Assembly (NCBI GenBank): GCA_964016885.1
Contig: OZ024741.1
Span: 330,832,001 to 330,896,000 of the forward strand
Direction of reading: 5' to 3'
DNA: 64,000 nucleotides
Source: Eledone cirrhosa
Lineage: Eukaryota
Shown here: positions 40,354 to 55,196 of the stretch, one piece after another
How positions within the stretch are numbered: the stretch's first letter is position 1
Layout: each line of letters starts with the position of its first letter
The notes under the pieces: model-generated
What the model saw: only the letters and a program-made list of their open reading frames with translations
Told to the model about the DNA's origin: nothing
Database searches by the model: none
Made by a program: the position numbers and the translations under genes

Positions 40354-41344
40354 CATCATCATCATCATCGTTTAACGTCCATCTTCCACGCTGGCATGGG
40401 TTGGACGGGAATTTTCCCACTTGAGGCAAGATTGGTTGTCTTGCTCGTATAGGACTGTCTGGCGGGTTTTCTACGGCTAGATGATCTTCCTAACACCAAC
40501 CACATTTACAGTGTGGACTGGGAGGTTTTTACCGTGTTACCTACACGGCCACATTACAGCGTGGACTGTGCGTTTTTTTTTGTCGTGAGACCTACACGAT
40601 CTCATTTATTTAGGACTGGATGTTGTGGTACCAACATAACTTTACATCGAAAGGGGGTGGTTGTAGTGGGACGGGGGTGTATTTTGGTAAGGGGTGCCTA
40701 CTGACTGTAGGTTTCGCTTTGCACTTAGGCAAGGCGGGTCTTCTGTATTATTGCGTAGCGCCAAAGATCTCAGTCCAGTGACATTGTCTTGGAGAGGTGT
40801 AAGTGTGTGAGGTCGGAATTTATCAAGTCGTCCCAGGTTTTTCTGGGTCTGCCTACACCGTGGCTACCGTCTATCTTTATTGCCCTGCACTTTTTTATAC
40901 AGCTGTCGTCTTTCATGCGCATCACGTGTCCATACCAACATAGTCTTCTCTCGAGTAAACAACATCTGATCCCTCTTATTCCTAATTTCTCACTTAGTTC
41001 ATTTATGCTTTGCCGTTCACGTATATTACTATTACACATCCAGCGGAGCATGCAAGCGTCGTTCCTCTCCAGTCTGCGTATATCCTCTGCACACAATGCC
41101 CAAGTTTCACTGCCATGTACATTACATTGATGTTAGAATGCAGGCATCATACAGCCTGCCTTTCATTTTTAGAGAGAACCCTTTAACGGCTAATAGTGGT
41201 ATAAGCTCTCTGAACTTTTTCCATCCCGTTCTGACTCTGGCTACTGTACTTTCAGAGCACCCTCCCCCACTGGTGATTTTGTCGCCCAGGTAACAGAAGG
41301 TGTCCACTATTTCTATAGAACCATCTGTGCAATGGAATGGGCTA

Positions 41345-41345
<1 letters not shown>
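40354..41345 (-). mobile_element. 5'-truncated RTE LINE
   Basis: [35 protein letters not shown]; (CAT)n tail. Confidence 0.92.
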
Positions 41346-41433
<88 letters not shown>

Positions 41434-41516
41434 CATACTCACATATATATATATATATATACATACACACATATATATATATACATACACATATATATAT
41501 ATATACATACACACAC

Positions 41517-41573
<57 letters not shown>

Positions 41574-41676
41574 CATACTCACATATATATATATATATAC
41601 ATACACACATATATATATATACATACACACATATATATATATACATACACATATATATATATATACATACACACAC

Positions 41677-41711
<35 letters not shown>

Positions 41712-41726
41712 TATACATACACACAC

Positions 41727-41769
<43 letters not shown>

Positions 41770-41858
41770 CATACACATTATATATATATATATATATATA
41801 CATACACATATATATATATATATACATACATACATACATATATATATATATATACATA

Positions 41859-44800
41859 TCAATAAATTATACAATTATCAAAGTTGTGTTCAAATCATTT
41901 AATAGCTGACAATCGTTTCTTCCAAACTCTTGTTTGGAGTCATCGGAGCATTATCAATGTTTGCACATATAATTCACCACCTATTCAACTGAACAATAAT
42001 ATAGATACATATAAATTGATGTTATGAGCAACAGTTTCGTATTTACAGGCTGGGATGGATGCGACATATATTTTACGAGAATTGTACCATAATCGTACAA
42101 GCATTCAAGTTCAAATTAAAATCAAAATCAAAATTAAATCAAAATCAAAATCAAAATCAAAAGCACAGGGTGGAATACATGCAACAGTTAAAACAAGGGA
42201 ACAGTCCGAATATTAAATAGGCATTGAGGAAGTAGTTTCGAGAAAGGAAGAGTGCGATAACAATTCATATGCAGGCGTGTGGATATTGTGACTGCGTAGG
42301 TCATATACATGAGAAGGAGACAAGCAAAGCTATTATGCATATATAGAAGAATAAATACTGCAGTTAGAGCAATTGTGTTAATGTATTAGAGTCTATGGTG
42401 GGTGTTGGATGTTTATGGTGTTTTCGAATTAATGTGTGTTGAGAAACATACAATTAATACAATTAAAATATCGTACTCCACCACACCTAACATAGCATAC
42501 CATATAGCTAGTAGTAATAAAAGGAAGATTAATAGCTATTTCCAACTAATTAAAACACAACAGGGGGTAAACTTAGCACCTGTAAACAATGGTAGTAATA
42601 ATTGTTTCTACGTTAGGCACAAGGCCAGCAATTACCCAGTGCATTACTGGTACTTTATTTTATCGACCCCGTAAGGATGAAAGGCAAAGTTAACCTCGGA
42701 GGGATTTGAACTTAGACTGTAAAGAATGGCAAGGGCCGTAACTCTATACGTCAAAGCATGGCGTCCGACCCTCTCCCAATACTGCCAATCCACCGCCAAT
42801 GGTAGTAATAATGGTGATAATGATAATAGCACTAATGAAATCAATAACAATACGAATGATAGGCATCATTAACCTAATGCTACCCCTAGCAACCAGAATT
42901 CTTCACAACATTGGAACCGGCAAGCTAACACCCAGAATAAATGTAACTATAGAACTAATAGAACTTGCCCCGTAGGTAATAATTGCTTAACCAAAGACAT
43001 CATCTACTCATGCACCGTCAACGCAAACAACTCTTCTAAAACATATATAGGTTCTACTTCGAACAACTTCAAGACGAGATACAACTCGCACCTCTACTCT
43101 TTCAAAAAACACAATCTAGCCAGCTCCACTTCTTTATCTACCTACATACACTCTCTGAAAACTAGGAATAGACCATTTACACTGCAATGGCAAGTAGTAG
43201 ATAGGGCCTCATCGTATAAACCACCGAATAAATTGTGTAATCTCTGCCTTCTGGAGACCCATACTATAATCTTTTCGAAACTAGACCTCCTTAATAGAAA
43301 GTCAGAGACATTTTCCTCGTGCCAACACCGGTACCGACACTCGTTCCATAACTTTAAACCTAGCTGTTAGTATACAACAATGTCAGATTTGAATCTCCCA
43401 CCACCATTAACACTACACATCTATGACTTAGCAGCACCCACAACCACAAACCCCTTGACCAACTCTTTCCGCTACACAACTCCTATTCATCTATAACCTT
43501 ATGCTCTGCAATAACAGTTAGAATTAGACAGAGTTACCACCTTGTGATATAACTACAATAGATTAATTATATCATATGCAGTAATGGATATTTGGCACTT
43601 GGTATGTAGAGACATTTAATGAAATGTATGAGGATGGACTATATGTGCATTTATGGTTGTATAAGTAAATGAATAAATTGCACAACATAATATATGCACT
43701 TCTAATTAAATATAAAATGTGATAGCATTCTACGTTAGGGAAGATGTTATTGCACATGTAGCAGATCTATTATGACATATTAACAGCTGTATGATCCTTC
43801 ATGACATATACCTTGTCCAGGAACGAATAGATAACAATCTTAAGAAACCTTTAATGTATGATAGTAGAATACACTATATTGTAAAATCAGGCATAAATAT
43901 ACAGGGTTAAGTAACAGAGATCCAATGGTATAACATTATATTGTGTATTAGAACAAAGAATTTTAATAACTGAACTGAACTTAATTAGCTAGTTACCTCC
44001 CCTTACGCATTAGCTCCCCTTATTCACTTCCGTCCGGAAATTAACGATTGAAAATTTAACGGTTGATCAAATATAGACTATGAATATGAATTCATTAACA
44101 CTAATTTACAATCCATTGCTCTAACTAACTTAAACACTCATTATAAACACCAACTAAAGTTTATTTCAACATATGTCATGGAAAAGTCTGCAAAAACTGT
44201 ATGTTTCTCAACACATATTAATTCGAAAACACCATAAACATCCAACACCCACCATAGACTCTAATACATTAACATAATTGCTCTAACTGCAGTATTTATT
44301 CTTCTATATATGCATAATAGCTTTGCTTGTCTCCTTCTCATGTATATGACCTACGCAGTCACAATATCCACACGCCTGCATATGAATTGTTATCGCACTC
44401 TTCCTTTCTCAAAACTGCTTCCTCAATGCCTCTTTAATATTCGGACTGTTCCCTTGTTTTAACTGTTGCATGTATTCCACCCCGTGCTTTTGATTTTGAT
44501 TTTGATTTTGATTTAATTTTGATTTTGATTTTAATTTGAACTTGAATGCTTGTACAATTATGGTACAATTCTCGTAAAATGTATGTCGCATCCATCCCAC
44601 CCTGTAAATACGAAACTGTTGCTCACAACATCAATTTATATGTATCTATATTATTGTTCAGTTGAATAGGAGGTGAATTATATGTGCAAACATTGATAAT
44701 GCTCCGATGACTCCAAACGAGAGTTTGGAAGAAACGATTGTCAGCTATTAAATGATTTGAACACAACTTTGTTAATTTTATAATTTATTGATTTAACTGC

Positions 44801-44927
44801 TCTGTAAAACAACTGATGTTCATACATTGAGCTATTTCCCTTACTGGTAATAAGGTTATTAAGAAATTACTGGCCTTCCTGTTTGTGGTTGTTTATACTA
44901 TATACATAACTACAAATAGTATTATTA
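41859..44927 (+). mobile_element. 5'-truncated Penelope-like element with ~590-bp inverted terminal arms (41859-42452 / 44198-44792)
   Basis: ORF remnant 42453-43370 (KISYSTTPNI, IIY..YIG, CNLCLLE, LNRKSE..CQH); HHR at 44697-44750 (+) and 41900-41953 (-). Confidence 0.9.
42603..42796 (-). mobile_element. tRNA-derived SINE with 16-bp TSD, inserted in the Penelope ORF
   Basis: B-box gttcaaatcc, central gcctttcatcctt..ggggtcgataaa..gtacc; TSD caatggtagtaataat at 42587 and 42797. Confidence 0.88.
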
Positions 44928-44933
44928 TTATAT

Positions 44934-45006
<73 letters not shown>

Positions 45007-45007
45007 C

Positions 45008-46062
45008 AATAAATTATGTCCATAGAATCATTTGATAAGATATATACTCCATTTCCTCTCCCAATTAGCATAATCAACCACACAAAAAACCAATTAAACC
45101 AGGCTATAAGATTAAAAGGCACCTATGAAGAAATAATAGATAAATAAACGACAGCCATCTATTAGTGATCAACCGCTATAGAATATTTACCCAGAATTTC
45201 AATAACACGTGGAAATCGATTAAATATATCGTCAACCACACAGAATTAGGTATAAAATTAAAGTTAGAAGAAAAAATGCATATACACATACCAGGATTAC
45301 GTTTCTACCCTTCAGCGTTTCGTTCACTTTCGGAAATATCCTATCAAGGATAAATTCTCGAGCTTCGAACTCATCAGGAAACAAACTCACTTGGACAAAG
45401 ATTTTTATTAAATGATCCCCGCCAGAAACGAATTCAAAATAGCTAAGAACTGTGATGTGGCAGTGGTCAAGTCAGAAAGAATGTGATTGGTGCCTTACGG
45501 TTAGTGGGCTGGTTGCTAGAAAGCGCAACCTAATATTGCCTAAATTGCATCTCAACCTTATGGGAGATTATCAAATATAAAGATTTACATATACACAAAC
45601 TAGACAAAGTCATACATATGTTTTTGGCAACCATTCACGATGTGGCTCAATGATGAGTTAATAAATTAAATAATCAGAGCAATATACTATAAATTATGTC
45701 CATAGAATCATTTGATAAGATATATACTCTATTTCCTCTCCCAATTAGCATAATCAACCACACAAAACACCAATTAAACCAGGCTATAAGATTAAAAGGC
45801 ACCTATGAAGAAATAATAGATAAATAAACTACAGCCATCTATTCGCGATCAGCCGCTACAGAATATTTACCCAGCATTAGGTGCCTTTTAATCTTATAGC
45901 CTGGTTTAATTAGTTTTTGTGTGGTTGATTATGCTAATTGGGGAGAGTAAATGGAGTATATATCTTATCAAATGATTCTATGGACATAATTTATAGTATA
46001 TTGCTCTGATTATTTAATTTATTAATTCATCATTGAGCCACATCGTGAATTGGTTGCCAAAA
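45008..46062 (-). mobile_element. ~680-bp-period hammerhead repeat with short inverted right arm (45878-46062)
   Basis: aaattatgtccatagaatc at 45011 and 45691; HHR 45301-45382 (-) GUUUC-CUGAUGA-GUUC..GAAC-GAAAC..GUA-GAAAC. Confidence 0.8.
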
Positions 46063-46107
46063 ATATATATACATACACATATATATATACATACACACAC
46101 ACACACA

Positions 46108-46140
<33 letters not shown>

Positions 46141-46299
46141 CCACATATATATATATATACACATATATATATTATATATATACACATATATATATATACA
46201 CATATATATATATAATATATATATATATACACATATATATATATATATATATACACATATATATTATATATATATATATAATATATATTATATATACAC

Positions 46300-46332
<33 letters not shown>

Positions 46333-46351
46333 TATATATATATATATACAC

Positions 46352-46382
<31 letters not shown>

Positions 46383-46421
46383 TATATATATATACACACA
46401 TATATATAATATATATATATA

Positions 46422-46810
46422 TGTTAAAGTTATATTTAAAATTGTTGGGTTACAACTAGTAAATATTTATAACTGATATAAAAGCACTCGACAAATAGCG
46501 TAAACCTCTCCAAATGAAGTTGATGTTTATTACGGTATGTCGAATATATTTAATCTATAAAACTGTTTATATTGTATTTTGTCTGATGAAGGCATAGCAT
46601 ATTGTTAATATCACTGCTAGCGTAAACCTCTCCAGAATGAAGTTGATGTTTATTACGGTATGTCGAATGATATTTATCTATAAAACTGTTTATATTGTAT
46701 TTTGTCTGATGAAAGGCATAGCATATTGTTAATATGATATCCCCGAAATATATATAATGAAATAAATATGGTTTTATAAATATAGTTTTTCCATTTATTT
46801 AATATTGTAT
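46422..46810 (+). mobile_element. Hammerhead-bearing terminal fragment with ~121-bp tandem duplication
   Basis: tagcgtaaacctctcca twice; HHR 46699-46763 AUUUUGU-CUGAUGA..GAAA-UAUAUA-UA-AUGAAAU with weak stem II base. Confidence 0.6.
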
Positions 46811-46904
46811 ATATAATATATATATATTTATATATATATTTATATATACTATAAATATATATTATATATATACATATATATATATTATCATATATATATA
46901 TATA

Positions 46905-46943
<39 letters not shown>

Positions 46944-47286
46944 CATATTATATTATATATATATATATATATATATACATACTATATATAGATAATATAT
47001 ATATATACATATATATATATAAGATACATATATATATATATACATACATATATTATATATATATATATTATATATATATATATACATACACACATATATA
47101 TATACATATATATATATACACATATATTATATATATATACATATATATACATATATATATACATATATATATACTATACATACATACATATATATACATA
47201 CATACATATATATATATATTATATATATATGTATGTATATATATATACATACATATATATATATATACATATATATATACATATAT

Positions 47287-47336
<50 letters not shown>

Positions 47337-47456
47337 ATATATATACATACATATATATATATACATATATATATACATATATATATACATACATATATAT
47401 ATATATATACATATATATATACATACATATATATATATATATATACATACATATAT

Positions 47457-49320
47457 GTAGGAGGTGAGTTTTATTGTCGCACAATAAAGCAATGCAAATA
47501 TCGGATAAGTAGCACTCCACAGTTTATAGGACTGGAGCATAAAAATAATATAAGATCAAAAGATGGTTAAAAGAGTTCCAAGTATTTTATTATGCTCATT
47601 TCAAAAACAAATATCATCATGGGATGATATTTGCGTTCTCATCAGATAAAATAGAGAGACATGATAAGAAGCTTAAAAAAACACTTGCGAGCAGTGAAGT
47701 GTTAAATCAACATATAAAAAATAAAGTAAGATGGATATATGAGATTGGGAAAAAAAAAGGGGGGGGGGGGTAGGAAAAGGTAAGGAAGAGGAAGAAAGAA
47801 AAGGATGACGGGGAGGAGTATAAGAAGGAAGGATGAGAGAAGAGGAAAAATGAGTAATAGAGAGAGAGAAATAGCCTTTAAAACAGAGAAAACATTGTCT
47901 CACAGAGAGAAATTAAAAAACTGTTGAAAGATAATAGATAATTTTAAAATATTTTGAAATTAAAAGTTAATGAGGTTTATGGATGGTGATGTTTATGATT
48001 AAAGAAAAAGGAATTAAGAATAGTATTTATTTGAGGTTTATATATTGAAGGGTTTAATAATATGTGCGAAAAAAGAATTTATTAATATGTATTATTAAAA
48101 TAAAAATATTAAGGATATAATATGAGTGAAGGAGAGATTAAATGAATTATGAATTTAGAGGAATTAGTTAGGGTTTAAGTTTGTTTTTATGTATTGTAAT
48201 ATGTAAAAGTAAATAATAGGTTTAATACGAGCACGGAAGGAGAGAAGAAAGAAGAAAGTTTGAGGAAGAAAAGATATATAACGTCAAAAAATATATATGT
48301 TTACAAAATTTACTAATGGTAATATTATTATATATTAAGAAAAATATAGTTTCTATGGCCAAGAATATAAGGAAAAATGAAAAATGCTATAGTGAGTAAT
48401 AATATGAATTAAGAAGTAATTGAGAAGTAAAAGTTACAGATTAAAGATTAGAAATTAAAAAAGAAAAAAGGAAGAAAGGAAAAAGAATAAAAAGAAGAAA
48501 GATAGGGGATCACAACGACATAGAATGAATAAATTGTGTAATATAATATACTGAAATAAGGTAGAAAGATGGGTATATTTGTAAAATATATAAAGGCGTT
48601 TGAGAAAAGAAGATTTTAAAACTAATTAGGTATTGAGATATTAGCTGTATACTTTATGGAAAGTTCTATGGGATTTATGCAAGCAGAGCGAAAATAAATC
48701 CGTACGTCTATCTATTATAGAATTAAAATTAGATATAATGGTAAATTTCTCGGCTAGGCAGAGATTACATCTTCTGGATAGGGAAGAATTCCGGTAAGGA
48801 AAGGCGTTGCAAACCTTCCTCCAAGAGATGTTATAGTTAATATTTTTGTCTTTTAAGGACGATATGAGTTCCGAGGGTGCCGTGTTAGTTCTTTTAAGTT
48901 GGTATTTAAAAGACGAATTATGATTATAAAATCTTGCTTTAAAGGAAGTGGAAGTGGAACCGAAATAGGTAAAAGAATTAGTACCAGTTATAACCTTACA
49001 TTCATACACTAAGTTTTTATCAAGACATTGGTTATTAAGAGGACATTTAGTTCTAACAGGGCAATTACAATTACGATTAGAGAAATTATCAGAGATATTA
49101 ACAAGTTATTTACGATAGGAACTATAGTTTCCTGATTTAGATTGGTGTTATGAACATTCAACGAAGTTACGTTTGACGTCGTATTTAAATTTACTGAATC
49201 TAGCCTAGAGTTAACATTGACGTCGGGTTTACTATTGCTATTATTATGACGCTCGGTGTTGGATGGATTTCTTATTTGCTAAACCTTGATTATATATGTT
49301 CTGGGTCGTTAATTTATTAA
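47457..49320 (-). mobile_element. 5'-truncated Penelope-like element (GIY-YIG remnant 48641-49080), hammerhead at 47584-47652
   Basis: CNCPVRTKCPL..YFGSTSTSFKARFYNH..CNLCLAEK; AUUUUAU-CUGAUGA-long stem II-GAAA-UGAGCA-UA-AUAAAAU. Confidence 0.87.
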
Positions 49321-49327
49321 CACACAA

Positions 49328-49411
<84 letters not shown>

Positions 49412-49894
49412 TGGCTGCCAACTCGTTTTCGAGTACGGCCACTACTTTATATCCATGTAGGAGAACCCCTACCGATGCGCTAAACAAGTGTGACTTTTTA
49501 GTCCAGCCAGCGACTTAAAAACTCTGGTATAAACACTTCACTTGTGACAATTATTGACACATAGTGCTGGGCCCATGGCACCATGTGACGACAAGTGCAG
49601 AGAGATCTCCAGATATAAAGCAATGCCTGTGCCGTGAAGCTTTTATAGTGAGCAAAGGCACTGCACAAAGCCAGTCCCACTCTCTTAACCAAGATGATAT
49701 TTACCAAAAAGAAGAACAAGTCAACATCATTGGATACCATCAGGGTTGCAGGTGTTATATATATATATACATACATACATACATACGTACATACGTACAC
49801 ATACATATTTATACATACATACATATATATACATACATAGATATACATATATACATACATATATATATATACATATATATACATATATATATAC

Positions 49895-49981
<87 letters not shown>

Positions 49982-49983
49982 CA

Positions 49984-50641
49984 ATAACTAGGGTAAGAAC
50001 AATATATACAATATATACAATAACTAGGATGGAAGAAGTTCAAGGAACTACTGCTAGCTGCAAAAGGCTTTTCCCTCAAAATGAAAGGCAGACTGTATGA
50101 TGAGTGTATACTAACAGCAATGTTACATGGTAGTGAGACCTGGGCGCCTAAGCTGGAAGACTTACGTAGATTAGAAAGAAACGAAGCCTGCATGCTCCGA
50201 TGGATGTGTAATAGTAATATACGCGAACGGCTAAGCATAAATGAATTGAGAGAGAGACTGAGCATAAGAGGAATCAAATGCTGTGTGCAGGAGAGGCGGT
50301 TGCGTTGGTATGGACATGTGATGCGTATCAAGGATGACAACTGCATAAAAAGGTGCACAGCACTAGAAGTCAATGGAAACCGCGGAGTCGGGACTCCCAG
50401 GTAGACCTGGGATGAGGTAATAAAAGCCGACCTTACCCAATTACACCCCCCAAAGACGATGTCACACGACCGTGACCTCTGGCGTCGCTGTAGAAATCAA
50501 GCCAAAATCAGTTCCTGAATGAGCAAGGTATGGTCAGCCGACCAGACACTGCCCACAACAGGACAACCCGTCTAACCCATGCTAGCATGGAAGAACGGAC
50601 GTAAAACGGTGATGATGAGGATGATGATGATGATGATGATG

Positions 50642-50643
<2 letters not shown>
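49984..50643 (+). mobile_element. 5'-truncated RTE LINE
   Basis: [20 protein letters not shown]; (GAT)n tail. Confidence 0.9.
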
Positions 50644-50713
<70 letters not shown>

Positions 50714-50719
<6 letters not shown>

Positions 50720-51592
50720 GTTTGTATATGTATAATAAAGCCAAAACAATGCAGGTATGGACATAGAATAAAGAATGCAAATGCAAAAGATATTGTTGAC
50801 AATAGTCTTTTACCTTAGATTTATTTAAATGTCCTTCATTTTCGAGATAATATCTCTTCTTCGGAGGGAAGTAAAGCGGTTAAACCAGTGTTCTAAATAG
50901 CTTGCCAAGTCATGCTGACAGGAAATGGTATAGAGTATCTGTTCTATCTCTAATGTCAAAGAGTTAAGGTTAGGTGGATAAAGAGTAGTCTCCCTTTAAA
51001 AGGTTTTTTTTTTGTACATACCTGTTTAAGTGTGTGGGAGAATGCACACACACGCACACACACACACAACACGCTTACACCTCCACTTATTCTCTCACAC
51101 ACACATACACACACAAAGACCAGTTCTAACACGAGATAACATCTATCCCCCACATTTACGTATAGACATATCTTCTCACACTCACACACACACACACTCA
51201 CATACTTACACCTTCATGTTAAACACCTTCATGTACTTAAACAGGCATGTACAAAAAAAACCTTTTAAAGGGAGACTACTCTTTATCCACCTAACCTTAA
51301 CTCTTTGACATTAGAGATAGAACAGATACTCTATACCATTTCCTGTCAGCATGACTTGGCAAGCTATTTAGAACACTGGTTTAACCGCTTTACTTCCCTC
51401 CGAAGAAGAGATATTATCTCGAAAATTAAGGACATTTAAATAAATCTAAGGTAAAAGACTATTGTCAACAATATCTTTTGCATTTGCATTCTTTATTCTA
51501 TGTCCATACGTGCATTGTTTTGACTTTATTATACATATACAAACGTTTATACCTCATTACACAATGCTTCAAGTGAACTATAACCTCCTCCT

Positions 51593-51593
<1 letters not shown>
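50714..51593. mobile_element. Fold-back repeat, ~315-bp arms (50714-51030 / 51233-51549), variant hammerhead 51397-51431 (+)
   Basis: Arms are reverse complements; CCU-CCGAAGA-A-GAGAU(AUU)AUCUC-GAAA-AU-UA-AGG. Confidence 0.8.
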
Positions 51594-51683
<90 letters not shown>

Positions 51684-51801
51684 CATATATATATATTTAT
51701 ATATACATACATATATATATATACATACATATATATATATATACATACATATATATATATATATATGTGAGAAAAACCACAGACCCTCCATCTTAACTCT
51801 A

Positions 51802-51837
51802 CTTTTGAAAAGCAGAAGAACTGCGAAACCGGTAAAG
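51802..51837 (+). ncRNA. Minimal hammerhead with U3-A8 core
   Basis: CUU-UUGAAAA-GCAG(AAGAA)CUGC-GAAA-CCGG-UA-AAG. Confidence 0.7.
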
Positions 51838-51969
51838 GAACCAAATAAATATATATATATTTTTTTTAAATAAGACTCCAGTTGCATTTTCGATTTCATC
51901 TTTTTTTCTTTATACTTTCACTCGTGTAGGACACCTCGGTTATTTTTCATTTTGTAAAAAAAACCTCAC

Positions 51970-52062
<93 letters not shown>

Positions 52063-52139
52063 AACACATATATATACATACATATATATATATATATACA
52101 TACATATATATATATATACATACATATATCTAAAAAAAG

Positions 52140-52415
52140 TCTAAAGTCTGTCTTAAGCCAGAAGGCTCATTTGGCCGGTGCTTATCCCGGTTTCATGGCG
52201 TGAAGCGACTGAGAGCACAAGACTTCCCCCTGGACAGGACGCCAGTCCATCGCAGAGTTAAACCTCCAGCTATTGCTGGTGCTCATTTTCAGCTGAGTAA
52301 ACTGGAGCAACGTGAAATAAAGTGCTTTGCTCAAGAACACAACCGCAACCCAGGAATCGAACCCACGACATTATGATCGTAAGTCCAACACTCTTACCAC
52401 TAGGCCACGTGCCTC

Positions 52416-52418
<3 letters not shown>
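52140..52418 (-). mobile_element. tRNA-derived SINE (second family)
   Basis: A box tggcctagtgg, B box ggttcgattcc, then gtgttcttgagcaaagcactt..tcagctg central domain. Confidence 0.88.
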
Positions 52419-52490
<72 letters not shown>

Positions 52491-52571
52491 GTTGAAAGAG
52501 CTCAGGATTTCTTCTCCTTTGAGCACATTATTTAGAGGGAATGGCGAGAGTCTATGGCTCCGTTAATTTAT

Positions 52572-52641
<70 letters not shown>

Positions 52642-52647
52642 GTTTAC

Positions 52648-52689
<42 letters not shown>

Positions 52690-52691
<2 letters not shown>

Positions 52692-52994
52692 TGCAACGGG
52701 TCACTTTGTGGCTCAATGAAGAGTTAATAAATTAAATAATTGTTTCTACTTTAGGCACAAGGCCAGCAATTACCCAGTGCATTACTGGTACTTTATTTTA
52801 TCGGCGCCGTAAGGATGAAAGGCAAAGTCAACCTCGGCAGGATTTGAACTCAGATCCTAAAGGGACGTAACTATGCTGGAAAGCATGGCGTCCGACCCTC
52901 TACCGATACTGCCCACAGCTATATATCATAAAACATAGCTCTGATTATTTAATTTATTAACTCTTCATTGAGCCACAAAGTGACACGTTTCAAA

Positions 52995-53074
<80 letters not shown>

Positions 53075-53610
53075 CTTTATATGTAATTATCTCCCTTGGG
53101 TTGAGATACAATTTTGGCTGTATTGTGCTGCGCTTTCTAGCAAAAGGCCACCAGCCGTAAGCAACTAATCACATTCTTTCTAACCTGACCGCTGCTACGT
53201 CACGTTTCTTAGCCATTTTTGAATGTATTCTTGGCGCGATCACTTTGGAAAATTTATTGTCTAAATTTGAGCTAACTTCCTGAAGAGTCCGGTGCTCTAG
53301 ATGTCCGATGTTATCGGATATCTTAAAATGCGGACGAAACCATGGTAGAGGTAACTAAATATATTCACTTTTCTCCTAGTTTATTTTACACCTAATTCTG
53401 TTTAGTTGACTGTATATCTGAGCGATTTATACACGCTGTCGAAATACTCAATAAATACTCCGTCGTAACCGACGTGAAGGGCTGCTTTCGGTTATTTGTC
53501 GGAGATTTCTTCATAGAAGCCTTTATTCTTATAGCTTGGTCTAATCGATCTTTTATATGGTGAATAATGCTAATTGGGAGAGGAAATGGTATATATTTTA
53601 TCTGGTTTTA

Positions 53611-53612
<2 letters not shown>
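52690..53612 (+). mobile_element. Diverged relative of the 45-kb family; hammerhead 53275-53352; SINE inserted at 52738-52913
   Basis: Shares taattgggagaggaaatgg and gtggctcaatga.gagttaataaattaaataat; ACUUC-CUGAAGA-GUCC..GGAC-GAAA-CCAUGG-UA-GAGGU. Confidence 0.8.
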
Positions 53613-53699
<87 letters not shown>

Positions 53700-53744
53700 A
53701 TATATATATATATATATACATACACACACACACACATATATATA

Positions 53745-54980
53745 TATTAATAAAAGGAATTCCAACTTTGTCTGATTTACTCGTTTTATTTACAATCCTT
53801 TAAAATTTATAATGGTATTAGAATGAAATAGTATGGTAGAATATTAAATGTTAAGTGTTAATTGAACAAGTACTTTCATGCTTTCGCAATCTTCAGGTTA
53901 ATAATGTGTGGTGACAGTCAAGTTTGCAATTTTCAACTGTTTTCAATTTTCAACAAGTTTGCAAATTTCAACAAGGTTTCGACAGTAGAAAATTGCAAAC
54001 TTGACTGTCACCACACATTATATCAAGAAGTCTTCTTGTGAACGTGACCTGGGAATTACGGTCAGCAGCGATTTGCGTTGGACGAAGCACGTCTCTAGAA
54101 TTGTCAAGAGGGCCGAGGGTGTCTTAGCATCACTCAGCAAGACCTTTGTCAGCCGCTCTCCAGATATCTATTTAAGGCTGTACATGGCTATGGTGCGGCC
54201 ACACTTAGAATTTGCATCACCAGTCTGGAACCCCTATCTTGCTCAAAACATTGACCGCCTGGAAAGTGTTCAGAGACGTGCAACCAAGCGAATACCCTCC
54301 ATCAGGCATCTACCATACTCTGAGCGCCTTTCTTCCCTGGGCATGGATACATTGAAGCTCCAACGCCTGGCAACTGACTTGGTAAACATTCACAAAATTG
54401 TTAACCATCTTGCCAACAGCAACCCTGAGTACCTTTTTGATTTCCATGTGTCTAACACACGTGGACATGCCCACAAAGTCAGAAAACAGCACAGTTCCCA
54501 TGACTTTCGGAAACATTTGTTCACGCTCAGGGTTGCTGAAGCATGGAACAGGCTGCCTGCATCAGTTGTTAGCTGTCGATCACTGCATCCTTTAAGGCCT
54601 CCATGCTTCCCGAGATCCGCCAACACTACAGCTAATGTTCCCCCTCCATACACATACACACATGTATACCATGACTCATACACTATTCACTTCCCTGACA
54701 TTTGTGTATTATTCTATGTACTATACATACACCTTTGACGAGTTGTAGTGCACCTGAGCACTTTACACAATAATTTCATTATTATTTATTATTATTATGA
54801 ACCTGAAGATTGCGAAAGCATGAAAGTACTTGTTCAATTAACACTTAACATTTAATATTCTACCATACTATTTCATTCTAATACCATTATAAATTTTAAA
54901 GGATTGTAAATAAAACGAGTAAATCAGACAAAGTTGGAATTCCTTTTATTAATATAATCTTCTATACACACCCGTGTGTA
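53745..54980. mobile_element. Palindromic hammerhead repeat (centre ~53960) whose right arm is interrupted by a LINE
   Basis: 53745-53940 mirrored by 53982-54021 plus 54798-54954; HHR 54798-54836 (+) UGAAC-CUGAAGA-U-UGC(GAAA)GCA-U-GAAA-GUAC-UU-GUUCA, mirror 53863-53900. Confidence 0.85.
54022..54797 (+). mobile_element. 5'-truncated CR1-type LINE with (ATT)n tail
   Basis: ERDLGITVSSDL, VRPHLEFASPVWNP, LESVQRRATK, TRGH. Confidence 0.9.
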
Positions 54981-54982
54981 TT

Positions 54983-55069
<87 letters not shown>

Positions 55070-55157
55070 ATAATAATAATAATAATAATAATGTTTCAGA
55101 AGATCCCGTTAAGGGTGAAAGCAGCGATTCTTTGCTTAAACTTTAATCTGTTATTTT

Positions 55158-55192
<35 letters not shown>

Positions 55193-55196
<4 letters not shown>

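Noticed and set aside
49410-49757. Unique-looking island with ORF 49564-50100
   Set aside because: No recognisable domain or convincing splice pair; the ORF runs into microsatellite
50714-51549. DNA transposon/MITE reading of the inverted repeats
   Set aside because: Arms are unequal at the outer ends, carry hammerheads, and in related cases enclose Penelope ORF remnants rather than a transposase
52345-52418. tRNA gene
   Set aside because: A and B boxes present but no acceptor stem, and it continues into a SINE body
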